A stretch of 64,000 nt of DNA from an uncultured virus (IMG/VR IMGVR_UViG_3300042363_000446) (taxonomy: Duplodnaviria > Heunggongvirae > Uroviricota > Caudoviricetes). The stretch lies in IMG/VR virus record IMGVR_UViG_3300042363_000446. One strand, 5' to 3'. The notes below the pieces were generated by a model. It was given only the letters and a program-made list of their open reading frames with translations, was not told where the DNA came from and searched no databases. This document shows, piece by piece, positions 49,801-58,800 of the stretch. Each line of letters opens with the position of its first letter. Positions within the stretch are counted from its first letter, which is position 1. The position numbers and the translations under genes are program-made.

Positions 49801-52800
49801 ATTAATATATTCAGCACAGTTATAAAGAGCAAATGAATTATCTCTTAGCGGAGCAAAAAATGCGATACCAGAATTCTTAGGATTGCTGATGTAAGATTCA
49901 AGTATTGTATCAGATAATGTTTTTCCTTCTTCTCTAAAGATTATATTTGAATTTCTTACCCAGAAATAATAAACAGGAGTAACTATATTAGAAGAATCTA
50001 TTATACTAGAAACAGTATATCTAGTGCTATCTTTTGGTGTGCCGGGGCCTTGATAATCTCTAGGAGAAACATTACTTACTACCCAAGTATAAACAGCAAC
50101 ATCACTACCAGGAAATACTGTTCCCCAATATTTGCTGTTGTATACTAAGTCATTTTGATGGTAATTTACAAAACGAACATTAGTAGTATCAAACCATACT
50201 TTACCAACTTTTTCAGGGCCCCAAATTAACCCTGACTGAGGATCAAAAATCTCATCACTGTTATAATTAGCAGGGTCAATTGAAGTAACATAGTTTATGT
50301 TTTGTCTTACAGATCCTAATAGTTTACCCTGTAATGGATCAATGTAATCAAGATTTATCAATGTGTTATTTGTTTCAGCACTAAAGAGTTGTGCATTCTG
50401 GATGCTATCAATGTTTACTATAGGCGCAGAATTTCTGTATATTGACCAGTCTTTAATACCTGATTCATTTTCGTAAATAGTTACTTGACCGTCTACTGAG
50501 TCTGGTAAGAAGTTAGGTGTGCCTATCATTACTACATTGCTGTTGAAATCTAAAGCAGTGCCATAAAGTGGATTGAAACCGTATACTATGTCTTTGCTGT
50601 TTACAGACTGTGCATAAACAAACTCACCGATATTAGTTAAGTTCTCGTTATAGTTTGAAATGTAATCAAACATATAAACTGCGCCGGCATTTGGTGCAGT
50701 ATCTATAAACTGTGTAGCGTTGTTGTCAAAAATAGTATCGTTTGTAAAATCTTCGTCATCAATAAAATCAAACGTAGTACCTTCATAACGAGTAGCTACT
50801 GGTGCGCTAATCACTACAGAATCATATTCGTTGAATTGAACTACTGATCCAAACTGAGTAGGTCCAAATTCATGCGGGCAGTTAATAACTTGTGTGTTAG
50901 TATATATTTCAATACCTAGTTCAGTTAATGTAGTGGTATCAACCGCTGTTATTATTAGTTTCTGATTAACCTGAGTTAGATCAGTATTAATAACTTGAAT
51001 CATTAGTTTATTATCTACAGTAGCCGCTGCTTGAATGTTAGTAATATTAGCAGAATTAATAGCATTAGCTACAACTGTTGCGTTTCCTATTGGCACGTTA
51101 ACAAAGTATCCGTTAATTAGTAAAGGACGAACAGCAGTAACATTACATTCGTTTACTCCAGTTACTAAACCAAATTTTGCTCCAGCATTTGTAAATCTAT
51201 AAACAGCACCTTCTTGGTTTTCGTCACTAATTTCAAAAGGAGATCCTATTAATATTTCAGAACCTGATTGAATAGTATCAAGTGAATAACCAAACTGAGT
51301 GCCTACTCTATTATTATAATTTGATGTAAAGGTCTGCGCGTAAGTAAACTTACTATCGCTTACTGTGATAATATCACCTGCTGTCAATGTACCTGAGTAA
51401 ACGAACGTACTACCTATCACACCATAGTTGTTATCTTGAACTATTACGCCGTTTCTAGATACGTATAATGGTGAGGTTTGCACGGTAGCAGTTACGTTAG
51501 AAACAGATCCTACGGTAGATATTGCCTCAGGAGTAATAGATGATCTTGAAGTTTTTATTGTTATATCAGATCCTGCAATACTTCTTATGTAGTAAACACT
51601 ATTTCCTTGAATACCGGTACCAAGTAAACCAGTACCGCTAAAGATAATAGGATCATTAACTGCTATTCCAGATACACTGTTTAATGTGATCAAGTTTCCT
51701 GTGGCATTAGTAGCACTTACTGTTCGTGATACTGTTATAGGTGTCCATGCTAATTGGAAAGTTTGTCCTATTGTATTAAACTGAACTTCAATATTTTGAA
51801 CTGCTCTAGAAAATGCAAAAGCACTTCCCCAGTTAGCAATGTTGCCATCATAGTCTTTATCAGGAGCGCCCACTACCATCACATCACCATAGTAGTTTGT
51901 AGTAATAGACTTGCTAAACTTATCAGTTGATGATACTAAGCTTAAAGCTACTCCGTTGATTATTGTTGACGCTTTGTAAGTGATCTGAGTTGCTGCACCG
52001 GTGCCGGTACCTACTCCTGTTGCAACAAACGTGATACCTACTTTGCTTTCAATCGCACCAATTAATGTAAAGTCAGTAGTACCTAAGTCAGTGATAACAT
52101 AAGTTTGTCCGGAAACAAAATATCCTGCATTAAGCAATATGTTTTGTTTCTGATAAACATGTACCTTATCGTTTGCAATATCAGAAATATATAACCAATT
52201 TTGGTCTCCGGAAATAGCTAGTTCGCTACCCCAATCTGTTACTCCGCCGGGTGCAGCGATTGTTTGATAAAGAACAAAATCGTCTGACAACTGACTATCA
52301 TTAATTACATATACATGAACTTCTGAAGCAGTAGTAGGTTCAGAAATTACATAAGTGTTTCCTGCATAAACGATCTTAGAACCAAATGATGTTCCGCCGG
52401 TTAGTGTTTCTACGATAAAGTAATTGTTAGCAGAATCTTGAGCGTAACGATAAACTTCGCCTGCACTAGCATCGCTTATTAAATACCCTGCTTGATCAGT
52501 GTACGCAACTGCGCTACCAAATGTAGTGCTGTTAGTTTTTGTTACTTCATTATTATACTGATAGTTCAAACTCTTTCTATATACAGCCCAACTACCGTCA
52601 GTGCTTTCGTCTACCCATACAGTATTTTTTACAAACTCTGTATCCAGTAGCGGTAGGTTATTAATACTAGCAGGATTGCTTACTCTTTGTGATTGGAATG
52701 TTAAACCAATACCTTGACCAGTGCTTGCAATTTCAGTAGCTACCGGTAAGTTAATAATCACTTCATTCAAGTTAACTATGTTAGCTACTATGTAATATCC

Positions 52801-55800
52801 GTCTACGTTTGTTGCATAGTTTATAATAGACAGAGGTTGCAGTCTTACTAAACCGTGAGGTTGAGCAAATGTTATTGTAGCAGTATTGTTTAGATTACTT
52901 CTTACTGCTATTACTCTACCAACAGATGTCCAAGCTAATACATCCCAGTTTCCTAGATAGTTAGCTAACCAAGCGTAGTCTCTTACATAAAAATCATTAA
53001 TAAGTACAGGCTCATTATTTTTATCTCTTGCTACTGGTAACCCTGAATAGAAATAAGAAGACATTTTAACATCATCAAAGTTTACATATCCAGCATCAGG
53101 ATATACTTGTGTTGGAGTAGAAGGATCAATAGTACTTAAAATATTAGGAGAGTCAATAGGTCTAGCATAATTGAACAAACTATATATAGGCACTTCTTGT
53201 TGAGAACCCGGAGTATAAACACCGTTAGTCAAGCTAACAATTGATGGATTACCTGTTAGATATTGTTCGTTGATTTTAAAATCTACAAAGTTTTTGTTTA
53301 ATAGTCCACCAAACTCACCGCTTTTAATAGCCCAGTTTTCATAGACTTCATATTCAATACCACCTTGCGGTAAGGTAGCTCCTCTAAATGCTTCTATCGC
53401 ATTACGAGTACCTTTGTTTTTAATCAAGTTTTGATAAACGTTAATCTGAGTAATATCAGTTAAGTCTACTAATGCCATGTAGTCACGAGGTCTGTAACCT
53501 ATCAGTGAGAATCCTAATAGGTCTGCATCGTTTTCTAAGTTAGCTTTGTTAGTGTCATAATATAACGCACTTTCATATGATCTAGTTGAAGAGTTAGGTA
53601 ATAATCCTTTTTGAATTTGATCGTAATCGGTTTCTTTCCAATCTCTTTCATTGAAAATATTGCTAGGCTCAATTACTTTTAATGCAGTCCAGTATTTGTT
53701 TTTATAAAGTACAATTGATCCTTTAGTGTACTTGACTGCTCTTGACCATTCTTTTATGTTGTCTTGATTTAATATAAATCCTGAAGCGGTAATAGTTCCG
53801 TTCCATTCAGCGGTTTTAGTTCCTCTTACATATATTCTGTTTTGTCTTAACCCAGTAATTAAATTGTATATAGTATCATTAAACAATGTAGTATTATCAA
53901 ATACCACAGCATGTTCAAAGTTACTTAAATTAAACTGTCCATAAGAAACAGTGTCACCTTGATTAAGTGCGGTAACACTAAACTCAGTACCGTTTCTAAA
54001 CACGCTTAAGTCTTTTGCTTGTATTGGATACAAGTTTTGATTCAATACAAAATTAGTATTTTGTACAGTAAGCGGTTGAACAATTGAACTTTCTTTGTCA
54101 ATTTTCAATGTTTGAGCAGATGGATTTAATAAAAGAATACTTCCTACTTCCCAGCCAGTTTGTGACCAGTATAAGAATTCACTGATCATTTGATCCCAGT
54201 TAACTTCTATTCCACCTAAGACATCGTTGAATATCATACCTTGTGAAGTTAGATATGCACCGTAACTAGACAAGAACTGTGCTACTTCTTGTTCGCTATA
54301 AAACTTAGCACCATAAGGAATTAATAATTCGTTAGCAGTATAATCAACTGCAACTTTTACCTGAGCATCTTCAACTTGAATGTTATTGTATTTACCATTG
54401 TTTACTGGCTTCAATACTTTAAAGTATGCATTAGTTTGTGAATTACCAAATACAGTATAACCATCCTGTGTTATTTGTATTACAACTCCTGAGTATACAA
54501 TTCTATCAAACGGTTGATTATCATAAAGAAGCAATGAATAACTTTCGTCTGGAATTAACAATGATGCGTTTCTACTGTTTGGAGTTCCTTTTTCTACATA
54601 GAACTTTAGCAAGTTTTTATCGCTATACCCAGCCAAACGATAAATTAATCTTACATCAAGGTTATCAAGTAAGTTAGTAATATTTTCAGTAGCATTTATT
54701 CCTATTTGCTTTTCGTAATCAACTATCCAGTTAATATAACTTGTTTTTGCAGTACCTGAACCATAGATTTCAACATCACTTATTACTAAATGACTTCTGT
54801 TGTTTACCAAGTATTGATTAAACTCTAAGTTATATTTGTAGTTGTCTACATCTACTCCCAAGTTAAAGAAGTTAGCAGGTTTCATTAATGCAAATATTCT
54901 CATCAGATCAAAAGGATATGCTGAGCTTCTACGATAGCTTAATTCAACCGGGGCATCATCACCCACTTTCCAATCTCTTTGGAATGTATTAGGGTTGTAG
55001 TTTCCTACTATTGCAACAAACGGAGAAACTAAATTACCTGCACTGTCTACTGGAATGATATTAGTTAAGCCAGGACGAGCAACTGTTTCAACTGTAATAG
55101 GTACTCCGTCATTCCAAATTACACCCTGTTCTAAATCATTCCAAAGAATTAAGTTATCACTAGTATAAGGCGCAGGACCATATCTTTCTGTCCACCAAGT
55201 TGGTTGATCAGTAAAACCTAACATTTCCCATGGCGTAGCATTAGGGGTTGTAGTATCATAAAAGTATTGATACACACCTCTCCAATAACCTTGCTCAATC
55301 GGTGTATTAGTTAATTTGTTAGCTGCATTGGTGTAATTGTAAGTAAATTCATTTACTTTAGAAAAAACCTGAGTTTTGTAATTTAATCTGTTTTGCCCTA
55401 CCCAGTTTAAGAAACTTTCACTATACATTTGCAAGAATTCGCTATATGTATAGTCGGTATCTCTAAAGAATCCCGGTAGCACTTCATATGTTTGAATAGG
55501 TACAGTGCTGCTTAATTTTAAGTTGTTATAAATTCTTGTTTCAAATTCTAATAAGCCCTGATCTCTAAAGTCTTCTAGAACACCCAAATTAGTGTTATAA
55601 GATCCGTATAACTTATTATAAGAACCATCGTGTCCTTTAATAAAATATGTTGGTTGAGTATAAGCAGTGTCTAACACTACTTGAGGAGTATAAGCAGGAT
55701 ATAAACCTAATTTTGTTGGTGTGTTAGGAACATAACTACCATAAGTTTGATTATATTCTTTAATAGTAATCTTGTCACCCGCAATCAAGTCTAACGTAAC

Positions 55801-58800
55801 AGTTAGTGACGGGGCATCTTGACTTATAACATAGTCTTGATTAATAATCAATTGTTTCTGTATAGTTACACCGCTTATTATTCTTGACAAATAAACAATA
55901 ACACCATTATAGTTAGCAGTAGCAAAGTTATATGTTGTAGTTAAGGGATAAATGCTTGTATCTAAATTGTTTGCAAAAGTATAAGTGTTGCTTCTTAATG
56001 GTGACTTAGCAGGTAACATGTCGCTCCAAAAGAACGCTTGTGACTCACTTTTAGCCGCAGTAATAATATCAATAGCTTGATCTAGTATTTCTGAAGGCGT
56101 GTATCGTTGTACATATTCTGCATTATTAATAGTATCTACTAATAGATTTTTAAACTTAGTGTATTCGTTGCTATTAAATTGTAACGCATCAAACAAGTTG
56201 TGATTTGTTTTACGCAAGAATGTGCCGGGTAATACTAAAGAAGCACTATTTTGAATTATGTTAGTTCCATATGGAACTAAGTTACCTAAGTCTCTATAAT
56301 TGTTTGATCCAAATACTTGACCTAACATACCGGGAGCATTTACATAAATGTCTCTGTATTGTAATCTAATATCACCAACGTTAACTGTTTCTAAGTCTTG
56401 GTTAAATGGATTGTTACTTAAGTTAACAGGTATTGTATAATATGCTTGATTACTAACTTGGTTACTTAATATTAAAACTTCAATTGGTGTATCACTATCC
56501 AATTCAGAAACGTCTAATAATTCAATGATCGTAGAATTTGCAGTAATAGTGTATGAATATTCACTTACGCACTGGCAAGCATTGTTTATGTACACCTGTA
56601 CACTAGTCCAAGAATCTTGACCTTCTACTTCAGATATAGCAGCAATGTCGCATACAAATGTTGTACTAGGATTATCCTTTAGATATGTAAATTGAAATAC
56701 TTGATACTGCGCACTAGGTGCTACCGCGGTTTGCCAACCTAATTCTCTAGTATATTCAGTTCTGTCATCATAATTAAACACATAACCTGTGTTAACTTTT
56801 TGAGTTATAGGAGTAGTTCCAGTAACATAATCAAATGTATCAGTGTTTAACGAAACATCAAAACTAATATCACCTACATTATCAATAGCACTGTATCTTA
56901 TAGGAAATCCTAAAATAGGATCATCGGTTCCAGAGCCTATGCCATAAGAAAATAATGTACAGCCGGCAAAAGAAGTACCTTGATAAATTGTTGGATCGCT
57001 AAAACTTATACCGTTTTCATCAAATACATCAAATAACGGTGCTTGATTTACAGTAACTTTTTCTTGTGCTGTGATCCAATTATCGTTACTAAAATAATAA
57101 GTATTACCTTGATTATTATATCCTCTAGTAATAACTGCTTGATCATTTTCTTCACACAAACCATCCTGAGCTTCAGTTAATGTAATAACCGGTACTGATG
57201 ATGGGGATAATTGAGAAAGTGCAACAACATATATTTTATTGCGTACATTCACATCCGTGTCTGCTGCAAATATAATTCTTGCTCCAGAGAATATAGAGTA
57301 ATTATTAACTGTAGTGTCTGTTGCAATAACGGCTACACTAGTAGCTGAGCCAACAGATTGTGATACGGCCCAAGACACTGTTAATACAGTGTTATTACCT
57401 GCTATGGTTATATTTGTAATTTGTGTGTTGTTAGGTAAAATATCTAAGTAATCACTAATATACTGCCCAACTTGGAACGTTCCTACAATATCAGCAGTAG
57501 GAATAGTAATAGTAGTTGATGTTCCTACAACAGATGCTATAGATACTGTATTTTCTGTATATACTTCTACATCAGGAAAATAATTGTTTAATCCTGCAAT
57601 TTGCGATAGTGCATCAGTTGTTCTTTGATCAATGAAATCTACTGCATCTTTGCCACGAGTACCTGAGTTGAATAATCCTAAATTAGGATAAAATTCAATA
57701 ATAGGTCTTCTTGCTTTATTTTCTGCTTTAGCGAATTCAGTAACTATTGATGGATTATTATTATAAATCGCAGTTTGATTAATTACTTGCGAATGAAACC
57801 ATCTGTTGCTTCTAGACCAAGCATTTTTGTTTATTGCGTTTCTAGCAATAGTAATATAATCTAAATCTGTTGGTATAAACAAATCACTATCAAAGTTTGA
57901 TAAATCAAACGGAGTAGTATCAAACGGGACAAAGGTACTTGTAGTAAAATCTTCAGGTGATACTAATGTTTCAACTGAAATTAGTTCTATTGCCGAACCT
58001 ACACCTTCTACGTAATATTGTCCGGATAAGTATCTTGACGGGATAACGTCACCGTCAAATTCTACTTTTAGTCCATTAGTAAACACAACACCATTTGTTG
58101 AAGTGTAATTCTTTTTACCTAAAATATCAGTTTCTACATTTATAGTATTCGTGGTATTATTTTCAATTATTCTAATAATACCTACTTTGTTTGCAGAAGT
58201 ACCATCTTGATAGTAAAGCTGATCAAGCGGTGCAGTAATATAAGGTACTAAAGAAACAACACCTAGCGTATTTCTATAAAATTGTCTGTCAATCCAAGTT
58301 GAGCCGTACGTAGCTGTTATTTTTTGTTCAGTTGGTATTAAACCGTCTGGTATTAATCTTATAATTGGATTTGTAGGATCTGAGGGATCTACTACATAAG
58401 TAATTCTGTAAAAGTTTTCACTAACTGTTGTATAGAACCCTTCTTCATACAATCCTTGATTTGCGTTAGCGGTCATTGTTCCGCTATCAGTAGTAAGCGG
58501 AAAAGTTGCTCCACCTAATGTATCAGAAATAGTAAATTCCGTAGAACTGTCTACACTTTTAATATAATAAATTGTACCTGCTGTTACTCCACCAAATACT
58601 GGATTGTTAAATGTAATAGTATTGTTAACTACTAGCTGACTAGTATTTCCAGTTGATAAAGTAAATCTATCAGTTGATGAATTAGAACTTCCTATTGTAA
58701 CTACTAAAGGAGCTACTAATGCATTATCATTCGTATCAAATGAAGTTTCATCGTAGTATGCAGAAATATAACCAATCTCATTAACTACACCTGTGTCATA